64,000 bases of DNA, taken from positions 32,001-96,000 of the forward strand of contig CAXXRD010000004.1 in NCBI GenBank assembly GCA_963663895.2, written 5' to 3'. The DNA comes from Dehalococcoidia bacterium (lineage in GTDB: Bacteria; Chloroflexota; Dehalococcoidia; Bin125). Positions 1 to 21,153 of this stretch are shown here, one piece after another. The notes under the pieces are model-generated. The model was given only the letters and a program-made list of their open reading frames with translations. It was not told where the DNA came from and did not search any database. Positions within the stretch are counted from its first letter, which is position 1. Each line of letters begins with the position of its first letter. A program made the translations under genes and the position numbers.

Positions 1-176
1 TGCATGTAGCCGATGTACGAGGTGACGTCTTTCACTTGCTCGCCGTCGACGGTGAGGACCATGCGGAAGACGCCGTGGGTCGAGGGATGCTGCGGACCCA
101 TGTTGATGTTCATATCGACCGTGTCGAACTCTTCTTCGACGACGACCGGCTCGACGGTGACCTGCGCCTGCGTCAT
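1..176 (-). CDS. nuoD: NADH-quinone oxidoreductase subunit D (5' part; runs off the window edge)
   Basis: Manual translation from ATG at 176: [48 protein letters not shown]...[14 protein letters not shown] is the NuoD signature, and the gene follows nuoC. Confidence 0.93.
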   Translation of the reverse strand, partial: MTQAQVTVEPVVVEEEFDTVDMNINMGPQHPSTHGVFRMVLTVDGEQVKDVTSYIGYM

Positions 177-1199
177 CTAGCCGCCTCTCTTCGCTTTCTC
201 CGCCCGCGCCTTCGCTGCTAGCTCGCGCGCCCGCTTCACGCGCTCCGCCTGGGCGGCTTTCTTTTGGGCCAGCTCCTCGGGGGAGAGATCGGTGGCGGCC
301 TTCTTTTCGGGGGGCGCAGGTGTGGCGGGAGCTGCGGGCTTCGTCTCCACGGGAGCTGCGGGCGCCTCCGTCTTCGCGGCGACCGGGGCGCCGCCGCCCG
401 CCTTGGCCGCCCGCGCCGCCGCGGCGAGTGCACGTGCCTTCTTGACGCGCTCCGCCTGGGCGGCCTTCTTCTCGGCCAGCTCCTCGGGTGTCAGCTCTTG
501 CGCCGGTTTCGTCTCGGCAGGAGCCCCCGCCGCCGCCTGTTTCTTGGCAGCGGCGATCCGCTGCGCGCGCTCGTCGTCGCCTTCGGCATCGTCTTTCCGC
601 ACGGGCGGCGCTTCGCGCGGATGCTCCTTGGCGAAGTACTCGACGTCGACGCCCTGCTTCACCTCGACCGGCGCCAGGGGATGGCTTTTGCGCAGCACGG
701 GGAGATCGAAGTCTTCATCAAGGAGGAGGTTGCGGGGATCCGGATGACCTTCGAATTCGATGCCGAACATTTCCCGGCATTCGCGCTCGGCCCAGTCGGC
801 CATTCGCCAGAGGTCGGAGACCGTGGGAAGCGAGGGGTTCTCGGAGGGAACCCAGGTCTTGATGGTGATGGCGTGGCGCAGTGCGGTGGAGTAGAGGTGG
901 TAGACCACCTCGAGGCCCTGATCGGTCCAGTCGACCGCAGTCTGGTTGCGCAGGAGGTCCATCTGCAGCTTGGGGTGCTCGCGGCTGACCCGCAGGGTCT
1001 CACGCAGCTGCGGAGCGGGAACCGTGAGCGCGACATCCCACTTCGTTTGCTCGGCCTCGACGGTGATCGAGGCGGGCAGGGCGGCGCGGTAGACGTCGGC
1101 GATGCCGCCGGGCGGCGGAGGCTCCTTGACCCGCTCAGCTTTTTCGGCGCGCCTGCTCTTCGGCGGAGCCTTGGCTTGGGGTTCCGTGCCGCTCGTCAT
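177..1199 (-). CDS. nuoC: NADH-quinone oxidoreductase subunit C with a long Ala/Lys/Glu-rich repeated C-terminal tail
   Basis: [25 protein letters not shown] NuoC motif. Start set at ATG 1199, which overlaps the nuoB stop (ATGA). Confidence 0.9.
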   Translation of the reverse strand: MTSGTEPQAKAPPKSRRAEKAERVKEPPPPGGIADVYRAALPASITVEAEQTKWDVALTVPAPQLRETLRVSREHPKLQMDLLRNQTAVDWTDQGLEVVYHLYSTALRHAITIKTWVPSENPSLPTVSDLWRMADWAERECREMFGIEFEGHPDPRNLLLDEDFDLPVLRKSHPLAPVEVKQGVDVEYFAKEHPREAPPVRKDDAEGDDERAQRIAAAKKQAAAGAPAETKPAQELTPEELAEKKAAQAERVKKARALAAAARAAKAGGGAPVAAKTEAPAAPVETKPAAPATPAPPEKKAATDLSPEELAQKKAAQAERVKRARELAAKARAEKAKRGG

Positions 1200-1759
1200 G
1201 CGCCAGCCGCCCGGTCCTCCATGATCTTTTCTTGGAGGGCGAGAAGGCCGTCCATCAGGGACTCGGGGCGCGGGGGGCAGCCTGGCACGTACACATCGAC
1301 GGGGATGATGTTGTCGGTGCCCTGGAGCACGCGGTCGTATTGGGTGTAGGGGCCGCCGTTGGTGGCACAGGCGCCCATCGCGATGACCCACTTGGGATGG
1401 GGCATCTGCTCATAGAGAAGCTTCACGGCCGGGGCCATCTTCTTGGTGACGGTCCCGGCGACGATCATGACGTCGCTTTGGCGCGGGGAGGGCCAGGGGA
1501 CGATCCCCATGCGATCGAGGTCGTGGTTGGACATGTAGGTCGCGATCATCTCGATGGCGCAGCAGGCAAGGCCGAAGGTCATGGGCCACAGCGACGATTT
1601 CCGCGCGGCGGCAATGACCGCATCAGCGGGCACCTGCATCACGCCAGGCAGGATCTCCTTGTAGAGGACCTGTGGCCGCTCGGCATCGGAGGGAAACAGG
1701 CGCAGCGCCTCAGAGGGAGTCGAGGACGAGACTAGCTCGCCGGGATGCGCTTGGGCCAT
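1196..1759 (-). CDS. nuoB: NADH-quinone oxidoreductase subunit B
   Basis: [24 protein letters not shown] and [13 protein letters not shown] motifs. Start probably ATG 1759. Confidence 0.95.
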   Translation of the reverse strand: MAQAHPGELVSSSTPSEALRLFPSDAERPQVLYKEILPGVMQVPADAVIAAARKSSLWPMTFGLACCAIEMIATYMSNHDLDRMGIVPWPSPRQSDVMIVAGTVTKKMAPAVKLLYEQMPHPKWVIAMGACATNGGPYTQYDRVLQGTDNIIPVDVYVPGCPPRPESLMDGLLALQEKIMEDRAAGA

Positions 1760-2127
1760 TCCAGCACGCCTTTCCGCCAGGCATACCCGAGCGCGAGCAC
1801 GAGGATGCCGATGAACAGCACCATCTCCCAGAGCACGAACTGGCCCAGCGTATCGCTGAGGCCCAGGAAGGAGACAGCCCAGGGGAAGAGAAAGATGATC
1901 TCGACGTCGAAGACGAGGAAGAGGATGGCGAAGACGTAGTAGCGCACATGGACCTGGGCCCAGTTGCGGCCGATGGGAAGCATGCCGCACTCGTAGACCT
2001 GGCCCTTGAGCTTCGTGCGGCGTTTGGGCGCGAGAAGCTGGGTGACGACGAGGGCGTTGAGGACGAGAAAGGCCCCGACCGGGATGGCGATGAGTACGGC
2101 GCCATAGTTTTCGAGCAGCTGCTCCAC
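1732..2127 (-). CDS. nuoA: NADH-quinone oxidoreductase subunit A
   Basis: [19 protein letters not shown] and [10 protein letters not shown] motifs; three TM segments. Confidence 0.95.
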   Translation of the reverse strand: MEQLLENYGAVLIAIPVGAFLVLNALVVTQLLAPKRRTKLKGQVYECGMLPIGRNWAQVHVRYYVFAILFLVFDVEIIFLFPWAVSFLGLSDTLGQFVLWEMVLFIGILVLALGYAWRKGVLEWPKRIPAS

Positions 2128-2254
2128 GGGACCCCCGCTGGTGATCTTGGTAGTGCGACCCGGCCGCGCAGAACCCAGCCCGAGTCACCTTCGCTCTGCT
2201 GCGATCGTACGGAGGGCCTTGGGGGGTGTCAACGAAACGAACGCTCCGGGGGAA

Positions 2255-5062
2255 TTAGGGGAGCTCCGCCAGGCGGGCGCGCAGGCCATCCAAGCGCCCA
2301 ACGATCGCGGCGTAGCGCTCCTCCTCGCGCGTCACCACCGCAGCGGGAGCCTTGCTGCGGAAGCTTTGATTGGCAAGCTTGCCCTCGACTCGCCGCAAGT
2401 GGCCCTCGCTTTCCTCGATCTCGCGCGCGAGTCGCGCGCGCTCCGCCGCGAGGTCGACCAGTCCCCCCAAGGGGAAAATGATCTCCGCGCGCGCCAGGAT
2501 GCGCGTGATCACCTGGTCGCCGGGCGCTTGCGCTCGCGACGCGACGATATGGAGCGGGCGAACTCGGGCCAAGAACTCGATGACCGGCGCGCGCGCATCA
2601 AGTGCGGCGCCCTCCGCCTCACTCACGACGTAGGCCTCGATCCAGCGCGCCGCCTCGACCTGCTTCTCGGCGCGGACCGTCCGGATAGCGCGCACCACTT
2701 CCTGCAGCCCTGCGAAGGACCGCTCCGCCTCTTCATCGACCCAGCGGTCTTGGGACTGTGGGAAGGGGGCCGCGATGAGCGCCTGCGCCTCCGGCGCGGA
2801 CAGATGCCGCCGCAGCTCCTGCCAGATCGCTTCGGTGACGAAAGGCATGTAAGGGTGGAGCAGGCGCAGGGCCTGGTCAAGCACATGCATGAGAACCGGG
2901 AGCGGCGAGGCGTCCCCGGCGCGCAGCCGCACTTTGCTCGCTTCGACGTACCAGTCGAAGTACTCATTCCAGAGGAAGTCGTGGATCTGCCGGCCTGCCT
3001 CGCCGAGCTGAAAGTCGGTGAGCAAGCCGTCGACGGTCGAGGCGACCCGCTGGCAACGGGAGAGGATCCAGCGGTCTTCCGGTTGCAGGGCCCCCGCGGG
3101 ATCGGGAACGCCGATCGTCCCTTCGCCGATGGCACCCAGCACGAAGCGCGCGCCATTCCAGAGTTTGTTGGCGAAGTTGCGTCCGGCCTCAAGACGGTCC
3201 TCGGTGAGACGCATGTCGTTACCGGGGGTCGATCCGGTCGCCAGGGTGAAGCGGAGCGCGTCCATGCCATAGCGCTCGCCCGCGACGAGCGGGTCGACGG
3301 CGTTGCCGAGACTCTTGCTCATCTTGCGGCCCTGAGCGTCGCGGACGAGGCCGTGCAGGTAGACGGTTTGGAACGGCCCGACACCGTCCATGTTGTGGCA
3401 GGAGAGCATCACCATGCGCGCAACCCAGAAGAAGAGGATGTCGTAGCCGGTCTCCATGACGGCGCTGGGATAGAAGCGGCGCAGGTCGGCCGTGTCGTCC
3501 GGCCAGCCGAGCGTCGAATGGGGCCAGAGCCCACTGCTGAACCAGGTGTCGAGCACGTCCGGGTCCTGGATGAGCGGGCCCCGGCCGCACTGCTCGCAAT
3601 CCGACGGTGCGGGCGTCTCCCTGCGCACGATCGGCGTCACGCCCTCGCCGATCGCCACCTCCCGCGCCCGTTCGGCGATCACCGCGAGGTCGTGTCCAGC
3701 CGCGATCCACTCGGCGACGGGCGCCGCCGGCGCGGCTTCAAGCGCGACGGTGATGCGGTCGGCGTCGCAGCGCAAGCAGTACCAAACGGGGATACGGTGT
3801 CCCCACCAGAGCTGCCGACTGATGCACCAGGGCCGGATGTTCTCGAGCCACTGCAAGTAGACCTTGGCGAAGCGCGGCGGCACGATCCGCATGGCGCCGC
3901 TGTGGAATACCTCCGCCGCCTGGGCGGCCATCTCACCCACATCGACGAACCACTGGTCGCTGATCAGCGGCTCGACGACGGTGGCGCAGCGCTGGCAGTG
4001 GCCAACGCTGTGCAGGTGCACTTCACGCTTGAGAAGGAGCCCGGCCGCTTCCAGATCGGCCGCCGCGCGCTCGCGGGCTGCGGCGCGATCGAGGCCCGCA
4101 TAGGGGCCCGCCGCCTCGGTCATGCGGCCGTCCCAAGCAACGGCGCGGATGGCAGCGAGGGCGTGGCGCGCACCGATCTCGAAGTCGAGAGGGTCGTGGC
4201 CGGGAGTGATCTTCAGCGCGCCGGTGCCGAACTCAATCTCGACGGCGCCGTCAGCGACGACCGGCAGGGTGCGATCGAAGCCGGGGAGGGGGAGCCGGAC
4301 TTCGGTGCCGACGAGCGATGACCAGCGCTCGTCGTCGGGATGCACGGCAACCGCCACGTCCGCGACGATCGTCTCGGGCCGCGTGGTCGCGATGACAATC
4401 CCCTCGCCCCCGTCCGCAGCGGGATAGCGCACGTACCAGAGCGCGCCTTGCTCGTCCTCATAGTCGACCTCAAGGTCCGAAATCGCGGTCTGGCAGCGTG
4501 GACACCAGTTAATGATGCGATGGCCACGATAGACCTTGCCCGCTTCGTAGAGGTCGACGAAGGTCGCCCGCACGGCGCGTTGCGGCCCCTCATCCAGAGT
4601 GAAGACCATGCGCGACCAATCACAACTGGCGCCCAGAAGCCGCAGCTGCTCTTCGATACGGCCGCGGTAGCGCCCAACCCAATCCCAGACGCGCGCAATG
4701 AAGGCCTCGCGGCCGAGGTCGTGGCGTGAGAGTCCCTCGCGCGCCAGCTCCGCCTCGACCACGTTTTGGGTAGCAATCCCAGCGTGGTCGAGGCCGGGGA
4801 GCCACAGCGTGGGGTGGCCGCGCATGCGACGCCAGCGGCAGAGCACGTCCTCGATCGTGGTCGTGAGTGCGTGTCCCAAGTGCAGGGCGCCGGTCACATT
4901 GGGGGGCGGCATGATGATCGCGAAAGGGTCGCGGGCCGGATCGCCAGCGGGCTGGAAGGCGCCGCTCTCCTCCCAGAGCGCATACATGCGCCTCTCGACG
5001 GCAGTGGGCTGATAGGCCTTGGGCAGAGGGGCAGCAGCCTCGGTCACGGGCAGATCGCTCAC
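2255..5062 (-). CDS. valS: Valine--tRNA ligase
   Basis: PPPNVTGALHLGHA (HIGH), DHAGIATQ, WCISRQLWWGHRIP, KMSKS and a C-terminal coiled coil. Start codon uncertain; GTG 5062 chosen. Confidence 0.96.
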   Translation of the reverse strand: MSDLPVTEAAAPLPKAYQPTAVERRMYALWEESGAFQPAGDPARDPFAIIMPPPNVTGALHLGHALTTTIEDVLCRWRRMRGHPTLWLPGLDHAGIATQNVVEAELAREGLSRHDLGREAFIARVWDWVGRYRGRIEEQLRLLGASCDWSRMVFTLDEGPQRAVRATFVDLYEAGKVYRGHRIINWCPRCQTAISDLEVDYEDEQGALWYVRYPAADGGEGIVIATTRPETIVADVAVAVHPDDERWSSLVGTEVRLPLPGFDRTLPVVADGAVEIEFGTGALKITPGHDPLDFEIGARHALAAIRAVAWDGRMTEAAGPYAGLDRAAARERAAADLEAAGLLLKREVHLHSVGHCQRCATVVEPLISDQWFVDVGEMAAQAAEVFHSGAMRIVPPRFAKVYLQWLENIRPWCISRQLWWGHRIPVWYCLRCDADRITVALEAAPAAPVAEWIAAGHDLAVIAERAREVAIGEGVTPIVRRETPAPSDCEQCGRGPLIQDPDVLDTWFSSGLWPHSTLGWPDDTADLRRFYPSAVMETGYDILFFWVARMVMLSCHNMDGVGPFQTVYLHGLVRDAQGRKMSKSLGNAVDPLVAGERYGMDALRFTLATGSTPGNDMRLTEDRLEAGRNFANKLWNGARFVLGAIGEGTIGVPDPAGALQPEDRWILSRCQRVASTVDGLLTDFQLGEAGRQIHDFLWNEYFDWYVEASKVRLRAGDASPLPVLMHVLDQALRLLHPYMPFVTEAIWQELRRHLSAPEAQALIAAPFPQSQDRWVDEEAERSFAGLQEVVRAIRTVRAEKQVEAARWIEAYVVSEAEGAALDARAPVIEFLARVRPLHIVASRAQAPGDQVITRILARAEIIFPLGGLVDLAAERARLAREIEESEGHLRRVEGKLANQSFRSKAPAAVVTREEERYAAIVGRLDGLRARLAELP

Positions 5063-5173
5063 GACATCCGTAGGTCGGACCTGGGGTTCCAGGCTATGAC
5101 GCGGGAAAAACGCGCGCAATGAAACTGTGCAGGAAAACTATGCAGGAAGGAAGCGTGGGGGGCCAGCGAAATT

Positions 5174-5977
5174 CTAACCCGCCCGTGTCGTCACCGGATC
5201 GTGGACGACCTGCGCGTCGACGACGACGGCCTCCCGCGCCAGCTTGTCCGCGATCCGGCGCCGGCGGCGGCGCGTCTCCTCGAGCGCGTTCAACGTGCGG
5301 AGTCCGCAGCGTGTATCACTGGCGACACGAGCGGGATCCTGTGTCGCCAAACGCCGCTTGAAAAGCCAATAGGTGAACTCCTTGAGCTCGGCGAGGCTGA
5401 TACGGTCGACATCTGGCCGTTGCTGCTCACGGCGAAAGGTCGCGAGCAGCGCGCGGCGCGGCACGCCGTAGATGTGCCGGAAGGTCTCCTCATCAACGCG
5501 GCTGTCGTAGCCGGCCGCCCAGGAGCGTCGTTCCTTCTGCAGGGCTTCCTCAACAGAGAGCTGCAGCGCCTCTTCGACGCACACGCCATACACGAAATTG
5601 AGGTGGGCCCGATACTTCGTCGGGCCCAGCGCTCGTCGCAGGGCCGCCTCGTCCAACTCGACCGGCAGCTGTCCATCAGCCAGCAGCGCTTCCACTTCAT
5701 CGGGGGGGAGGAGACCGTCCGGAGCGAGTGCGTCACAGAGCCGCTCGGCGAGGCAGAGCCAGTCCAGCGCTTCGCCGCCGATGAGGTAGCGATAGTGCCG
5801 CTTCTCGACCTGCTCCTCGCCGAGATCCCAAAGCGCGGCCGTTTCCAGAAGGGCTTCCCACCAGAGACGGCCGCGCCGGATCTCTTGGCGCAAGCGCGCG
5901 ATGAGCATCTCGGGGTCGCGCGACGCCAGCGCGCCGGGCGCCGCCGTGTCGACCGCGGCTGGGGCGTGATCCGGCAT
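5174..5977 (-). CDS. Conserved hypothetical protein
   Basis: Protein-like ORF between secA and valS. ATG 5977 overlaps the secA stop (TGATG). Confidence 0.7.
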   Translation of the reverse strand: MPDHAPAAVDTAAPGALASRDPEMLIARLRQEIRRGRLWWEALLETAALWDLGEEQVEKRHYRYLIGGEALDWLCLAERLCDALAPDGLLPPDEVEALLADGQLPVELDEAALRRALGPTKYRAHLNFVYGVCVEEALQLSVEEALQKERRSWAAGYDSRVDEETFRHIYGVPRRALLATFRREQQRPDVDRISLAELKEFTYWLFKRRLATQDPARVASDTRCGLRTLNALEETRRRRRRIADKLAREAVVVDAQVVHDPVTTRAG

Positions 5978-8715
5978 CAGGCCGCGCCGTGACACTTCTT
6001 GTGCTTCTTGCCGGAGCCGCAGGGACAGGGATCGTTGCGTCCGATCTTGGACGAAGTCACCGCGCCCGTCGTGGTACGGCGAGTGGGGGCCTGCGCCGCG
6101 ACGCCGCCGCCGCTCTCTCGCACATTGCGTACGCCCAATTCCTGGGCGACGCCGCCCGCCGCGATCGGCGAGGCGACCGCCGGGCGGGCCCGGGCAGGCG
6201 AGGCGCCGCGGGTGCGCCGGCCTTGCTCCTGCCGCTGCACCTGCAAGATCGCCTGCGTGACCTTGCTGCGGATATTGGCGGTCAGCTGGTCGAACATGTC
6301 GAACGCTTCGCGCTTGTAGGTCACGAGCGGGTCTTGCTGGCCGTAAGCCTGGAGGCCGACGCCCTGGCGCAGGGAATCGAGCTCGGTGAGGTGCTGCACC
6401 CAGAGACGGTCGATGGTTCGCAGCAGCACGAAGCGCTCAAGCCGCCGCATGACGTCGGCGCCGGCGTCGCGCTCTTTATCGTCATAGATGGCCAGGGCGT
6501 AGTCGACCAAGGCGGCGGCGAGGGCGCCGCTGCCGCGATCGTAGGCCCCACGGTCGAAGTCATCGAGCGGCATCAGCGTGGCCGCCTCAGCCCAGAAACC
6601 CTCCTCGTCGCCGGCACCCGGCCCGCCGGCACTGAAGTGCGCAGCGAGCTCCCGCAGCTCGGTTTCGATCATGTCGACGATGATCGCCTTGAGGTCTTCG
6701 CCAGCCAGGACTTTGTCCCGCTCGGCGTAGATGACCGCGCGCTGACGGTTCACCACGTCGTCGTATTCGACGAGGTGCTTGCGCGTATCGAAGTAGTGCC
6801 CTTCGACCTTCTGTTGGGCCTGCTCGATGGCCTTGCCGACCATGCCGGATTCGAGCGGCTGGCCGTCGTCCATGCCGAGCTTCGCCAGCATCCCGGGGAG
6901 CCAGTCCGGCGTAAAGCGCCGCATGATGGTGTCTTCAAACGAAACGAAGAAGCGGGAAGAGCCGGGGTCGCCCTGCCGCCCGGAACGCCCGCGCAGCTGA
7001 TTGTCAATCCGGCGTGCCTCATGGCGCTCGGTGCCGATCACATGCAGGCCGCCGCGGTCGGCGACGCCGGCGCCGAGCTTGATATCGGTGCCGCGGCCGG
7101 CCATGTTGGTGGCGATGGTGACGGCGCCGGGCTCGCCCGCGTGCAGCACGATCTGCGCCTCGCGCTCGTGCTGCTTGGCATTGAGCACTTCGTGCTTGAC
7201 GCCGCGGCGTGTCAGCATCTCCGACAGCCCTTCCGAAGTTTCCACCGCCACCGTGCCCACCAGCACAGGACGGCCCCGCCCGCTCACCTCGGCGATCTCA
7301 TCGACGACGGCCTTGAATTTGGCGCTCTCCGAACGGTAGATCACGTCGGAGTGGTCGTCGCGGATCATGGCCCGGTGGGTGGGGATAACGACCACCTCCA
7401 GCCCGTAGATTTTGTGCATCTCCTCCGCCTCGGTCGCGGCGGTGCCCGTCATACCGGCGAGCTTGCCGTAGAGGCGGAAGTAGTTCTGGTAGGTAATGGT
7501 GGCCAGGGTGACCGTTTCGCGCTGGACTTTGACGCCCTCTTTCGCCTCGATCGCTTGGTGCAGGCCTTCCGAATAGCGCCGACCCTCCATAAGGCGGCCG
7601 GTGAACTCATCGACGATCATGACCTGACCGCTGCGCACAACGTAGTCCCGGTCGCGGTGATAGACGAACTGCGCGCGGAGGGCCGCCTCCAGGAAGCGCG
7701 TAAGACGCGCATGCTCGCCAGCGAAGAGGTTGTCGATGCCGAGCGCGGCCTCGACCTTTTCGATGCCGGCCTCGGTCAGCGCGACGGTGCGCGACTTGAG
7801 CTCGACGGTGAGGTCGGCGCCTTCCCGGAGTTGGGGGGCGATGCGGGCGAAGGTTCGGTAAAGGTCCAAGCTCTCCTCGGCCTGGCCACTGATGATGAGG
7901 GGCGTGCGTGCCTCGTCGATGAGGATGTTGTCGACCTCATCGACGATCCCGTAGGCAAGGGGGCGTTGAACGCGACGCTCGGCCTCCGTGGCCATGTTGT
8001 CGCGCAAGTAGTCGAAGCCGTACTCGTTATTGGTGCCGTAGGTGATATCGGCGCCGTAGGCCTCGCTGCGCGGCACCGGGCGCAGGGAGCGCATGTCCCC
8101 CCGCTGAGCGCGCTTGGCCCGCTCCTCGGCGGTCACCTCGCCGGCCTTGCTCCTGCCGGGATCGGCGCTTTCGCTCTCCTCTTCGTCCTCGTCGGCACTG
8201 GGTTCGTAGTCCGGGTCGAAGAGGAAGGCGGCGCCGTGCTGCAAGACGCCGACGTTGAGTCCGAGACCCTGATAGATCACGCCCATCCAGCGGGCGTCGC
8301 GCTTCGCCAGGTAGTCGTTGACGGTAATGACGTGGACGCCGTCGCCCTCCAGGGCGTTGAGGTAGACGGCCAGGGTGGCGACGAGGGTTTTGCCCTCGCC
8401 GGTGCGCATCTCCGCGATCTTACCCTGGTGCAGCACGATCCCGCCGATGAGCTGGACGTCAAAATGGCGCATCTGGAGCCAGCGCTTGGAGGCCTCACGG
8501 ACGACGGCGAAGGCTTCGGTGAGGATGCCGTCGAGGTCGGCACCATCGGCGAGGCGGGCGCGGAACTCGGCGGTCTTGGCGCGCAGCTCAGCGTCGGTAT
8601 GTCGTGCAATCTCGGGCTCCCAGGCGTTGATTTCGACGGCGACCTTCTGCAGCCGGCCGATCTCGCGGCGGTTGGCGTCGCCAATGATCTTCTTGGCGCC
8701 GTCTAGCAGGCCCAT
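5977..8715 (-). CDS. secA: Preprotein translocase ATPase SecA
   Basis: MRTGEGKT Walker [33 protein letters not shown] and a C-terminal [19 protein letters not shown] zinc motif. Confidence 0.98.
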   Translation of the reverse strand: MGLLDGAKKIIGDANRREIGRLQKVAVEINAWEPEIARHTDAELRAKTAEFRARLADGADLDGILTEAFAVVREASKRWLQMRHFDVQLIGGIVLHQGKIAEMRTGEGKTLVATLAVYLNALEGDGVHVITVNDYLAKRDARWMGVIYQGLGLNVGVLQHGAAFLFDPDYEPSADEDEEESESADPGRSKAGEVTAEERAKRAQRGDMRSLRPVPRSEAYGADITYGTNNEYGFDYLRDNMATEAERRVQRPLAYGIVDEVDNILIDEARTPLIISGQAEESLDLYRTFARIAPQLREGADLTVELKSRTVALTEAGIEKVEAALGIDNLFAGEHARLTRFLEAALRAQFVYHRDRDYVVRSGQVMIVDEFTGRLMEGRRYSEGLHQAIEAKEGVKVQRETVTLATITYQNYFRLYGKLAGMTGTAATEAEEMHKIYGLEVVVIPTHRAMIRDDHSDVIYRSESAKFKAVVDEIAEVSGRGRPVLVGTVAVETSEGLSEMLTRRGVKHEVLNAKQHEREAQIVLHAGEPGAVTIATNMAGRGTDIKLGAGVADRGGLHVIGTERHEARRIDNQLRGRSGRQGDPGSSRFFVSFEDTIMRRFTPDWLPGMLAKLGMDDGQPLESGMVGKAIEQAQQKVEGHYFDTRKHLVEYDDVVNRQRAVIYAERDKVLAGEDLKAIIVDMIETELRELAAHFSAGGPGAGDEEGFWAEAATLMPLDDFDRGAYDRGSGALAAALVDYALAIYDDKERDAGADVMRRLERFVLLRTIDRLWVQHLTELDSLRQGVGLQAYGQQDPLVTYKREAFDMFDQLTANIRSKVTQAILQVQRQEQGRRTRGASPARARPAVASPIAAGGVAQELGVRNVRESGGGVAAQAPTRRTTTGAVTSSKIGRNDPCPCGSGKKHKKCHGAA

Positions 8716-8865
8716 AGCATCTCCCGATGCACCCGGAGGGTCTCCCGCCTCCGCGGTGGCCGCACCGGACCGTTCCGGTGCGAACAGCCACCTTTGAGCA
8801 TAGTGCGGCGGGCGGGGTGATGGTGTTGCGAAAGTCGCTGGCTCAGGGCGGCCCCGAGGCCGCGG

Positions 8866-9807
8866 TCACTTGAAGAGCTCGCCGACCGATTGCCCGGTAT
8901 GGATGCGACGGATCGCCTCGCCCAAGAGCGGCGCAACGGAGCAAACGGTGATCTTCCTGCTCGCTGTGGGAGGAGGGGCGGGCAAGGTGTCCGTGATGAT
9001 CACCTGCTTGATCGGCGCCTCGTTGATGCGAGCGAGCGCGGGCTCAGAGAGCACCCCGTGCGTAGCGGCCGCGTAGACATCGCGGGCGCCGTTCTCTTTT
9101 AGGAGGACGGCGACACCCGCGAGCGTGCCGGCGGTGTCGATCTCATCGTCGATGATGAGCGCGTCGCGCCCGTCCACCTCGCCGATCAGGTGCAGCATCT
9201 CGGCGGAGTCATCGTTGGCTTGCCGGCGTTTCTCCGAGAGCGCCAGGGGGCTCTCCAAGAGGTGGGCGAGGTTGCGGGCGCGCTTGGCGCTGCCCAGATC
9301 GGGCGCGACGACGACGCCGTCGAAGCCCTGCGTACGAAAGTGGGTGGCGAGGAGATTGAGCGCGGTCAGCTCATCCGTGGGGACGTTGAAAAAGCCCTGA
9401 ATCTGGCCCGCATGGAGGTCGACGGTCAGGACGCGGTCCGCGCCGGCCGTCTCGATGAGGTTGGCGACGAGCCGCGCCGTGATCGGCACGCGAGGCTGAT
9501 CCTTCTTATCGGAGCGGCCGTAGGGGTAGTACGGGACGACGGCGGTGACGCGCCCCGCGCTGGCGCGGCGCACCGCGTCCAACATGATGAGCAGCTCCAT
9601 GAAGTTGTTGTTGACGGGGCGCGCGGCGGGCTGGACGACGAAGACGTCGCGCTCGCGGACGTTGTCGCCCAGCTGAACGAAGATGTTTTCGTTGGAAAAG
9701 GAGAAGACTTCGGCGTGGCCGAGGGGTTGCTCGAGATAGGCGCAGATACGCGAGGCCAAATCTGGATGCGCATTACCGGTAAAGATCGACGGCCCCTGCA
9801 GTACCAA
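8866..9807 (-). CDS. prs: Ribose-phosphate pyrophosphokinase
   Basis: PYYPYGRSDKK, DLHAGQIQGFF and IIDDEIDTAGT. Start probably TTG 9807, after a GGGAGAGG RBS. Confidence 0.95.
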   Translation of the reverse strand: MVLQGPSIFTGNAHPDLASRICAYLEQPLGHAEVFSFSNENIFVQLGDNVRERDVFVVQPAARPVNNNFMELLIMLDAVRRASAGRVTAVVPYYPYGRSDKKDQPRVPITARLVANLIETAGADRVLTVDLHAGQIQGFFNVPTDELTALNLLATHFRTQGFDGVVVAPDLGSAKRARNLAHLLESPLALSEKRRQANDDSAEMLHLIGEVDGRDALIIDDEIDTAGTLAGVAVLLKENGARDVYAAATHGVLSEPALARINEAPIKQVIITDTLPAPPPTASRKITVCSVAPLLGEAIRRIHTGQSVGELFK

Positions 9808-10199
9808 GAAATGCGCCTCTCCCGTCCATCGGCCGGGCGCCAGTATATCCCGCGCTGCAGAGCGGGTCAGCGGGCTGGTTGACGCGTTGCCCAGCCCCAC
9901 ATAGGCTCACATTGATTCTGTATGCCCAGCTAATCCTGCCGCCTATAACGCCACTGTCGCCAAGCACGGCGAGGGCCGTTCTGCGTGTGTGAGGAGAATC
10001 GATCTTTGATGGCTATCAGACCACTCTCCGTCACCCCAAACCACAGCGCACTCCCAAACTTTCGCCCGACTTCGCGCGCGCAGCGCCATCCCTAGCCCCT
10101 GCGTGACTGGCAGTCCTCATCAAGGCCACGCCGTGGTCCCGGCTTCGCTAAGCGCCGGAGGCCAGCCGCCAAGCATCGAGCGAGGAGGAGACGATTCCC

Positions 10200-18390
<8,191 letters not shown>

Positions 18391-18397
18391 CTCTCTC

Positions 18398-18439
18398 GTC
18401 AAAGGACTCCTGTCAAGGGACTCCCGTCCAAGGACTCCG
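18398..18439. repeat. Three imperfect 14-bp tandem repeats
   Basis: gtcaaaggactcct / gtcaagggactccc / gtccaaggactccg, read directly after the rpoC stop. Confidence 0.75.
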
Positions 18440-18454
18440 CAGGACAGCGGCCAC

Positions 18455-18494
18455 GAACGAGAACGGGGCCCCTGAGGGCCCCGCGTTCTCGTTC
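18455..18494. terminator. Hairpin between convergent rpoC and groEL (probable terminator)
   Basis: gaacgagaac-ggggccc-ctga-gggcccc-gc-gttctcgttc inverted repeat. No strong U-tract. Confidence 0.6.
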
Positions 18495-18514
18495 CGCGCT
18501 CGGATCTTGGCAGG

Positions 18515-20230
<1,716 letters not shown>

Positions 20231-20536
20231 CTAGACGATCACTTTGGCGAGGACCTCGCGCTCCTCGAGCACGATCAGGTCGTCGCGTTCCACCTTGACC
20301 TCTTGACCGGTGTACTTCTTGTAGAGGATCCGGTCGCCAACCACGATGTCAAGCGGGATGCGGTCGCCGCTCTCATCGCGTTTGCCGGGGCCCACCGCGA
20401 TCACTTCCCCTTGCTGGGGTTTCTCCTTCGCGGTCTCCGGAATCACGATGCCGCTGGCGAGCACTTGCTCTTGCTGCAACGGCTGGATCACGATGCGGTC
20501 GCCCAGGGGCTCGAGTTTGAAGCTGCTATCTGCCAT
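20231..20536 (-). CDS. groS: Co-chaperonin GroES
   Basis: LEPLGDRIVIQ...SGIVIPETAKEKPQQGEVIAVGPG. ATG 20536 follows a GAGG RBS. Confidence 0.97.
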   Translation of the reverse strand: MADSSFKLEPLGDRIVIQPLQQEQVLASGIVIPETAKEKPQQGEVIAVGPGKRDESGDRIPLDIVVGDRILYKKYTGQEVKVERDDLIVLEEREVLAKVIV

Positions 20537-20609
20537 GGTTCCTCTCGGCGCTCGTTTGGTCGGCCGGTCGCGGCCGGATCTGGAGAACCCGCCTCGTCGG
20601 ACGGTGTGC

Positions 20610-20636
20610 TTGGCACTCCTCACCTCTGAGTGCCAA
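20610..20636. promoter_or_regulatory. CIRCE element (HrcA operator)
   Basis: TTGGCACTC-N9-GAGTGCCAA upstream of groES. A candidate minus-strand promoter TTGCAT-N18-TACTAT lies at 20642-20671. Confidence 0.93.
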
Positions 20637-20763
20637 CCGGCATAGTATCGGCTCGCCAGGCTGGGATGCAAGAGCCGCAATGCAGCCGCCGCATCGGAAG
20701 CGCTTCGGCGGTGATCCGCCGAGAGGCCTGTGCGGAAAACACGAAAACGTGTATCGTGCAACG

Positions 20764-21153
20764 ATGCAGCGCGAGCAGGGCGACAGCCCGCAAAAAGCAA
20801 AAACGGCGCAGCGCCGTCCTCCCAAACGCAAGGATCCCAACTGGGATGCGGGCGCCATCCTACGCTTGCGACGCCATATGCGGCTCACCCAAGCCGAGCT
20901 GGCAGAGGAGCTGAACGCTCGCCAGCAAACCGTTTCGGAGTGGGAGACCGGACGTTACCGCCCCCGTGGCCCTTCGTCGCGCCTGCTCACCCTGATTGCG
21001 GAGCAGGCCGGTTTCGCGTACCGGACAAGCGGTCCGCAGCCGCCCGTGGCGCGCGCAGCCGCCGACGCCGGCCGGACCGGGGCGCTCCCGAAAAAGGAGA
21101 GCGGTTCACCTCGAGCGCAACCCGGCAAGCGCCGGCGCTTCACCCCTCGGTGA
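20764..21153 (+). CDS. XRE-family helix-turn-helix protein
   Basis: ILRLRRHMRLTQAELAEELNARQQTVSEWETGRYRP is a typical HTH_3 domain. Confidence 0.85.
   Translation: MQREQGDSPQKAKTAQRRPPKRKDPNWDAGAILRLRRHMRLTQAELAEELNARQQTVSEWETGRYRPRGPSSRLLTLIAEQAGFAYRTSGPQPPVARAAADAGRTGALPKKESGSPRAQPGKRRRFTPR

Noticed and set aside
9900-10199. Possible structured RNA in the prs-rpoB intergenic region
   Set aside because: No recognisable RNA family motif; consistent with divergent promoters plus a leader.
18398-18439. Possible mini-CRISPR
   Set aside because: Units are 14 bp and directly adjacent, with no spacers and no cas genes.
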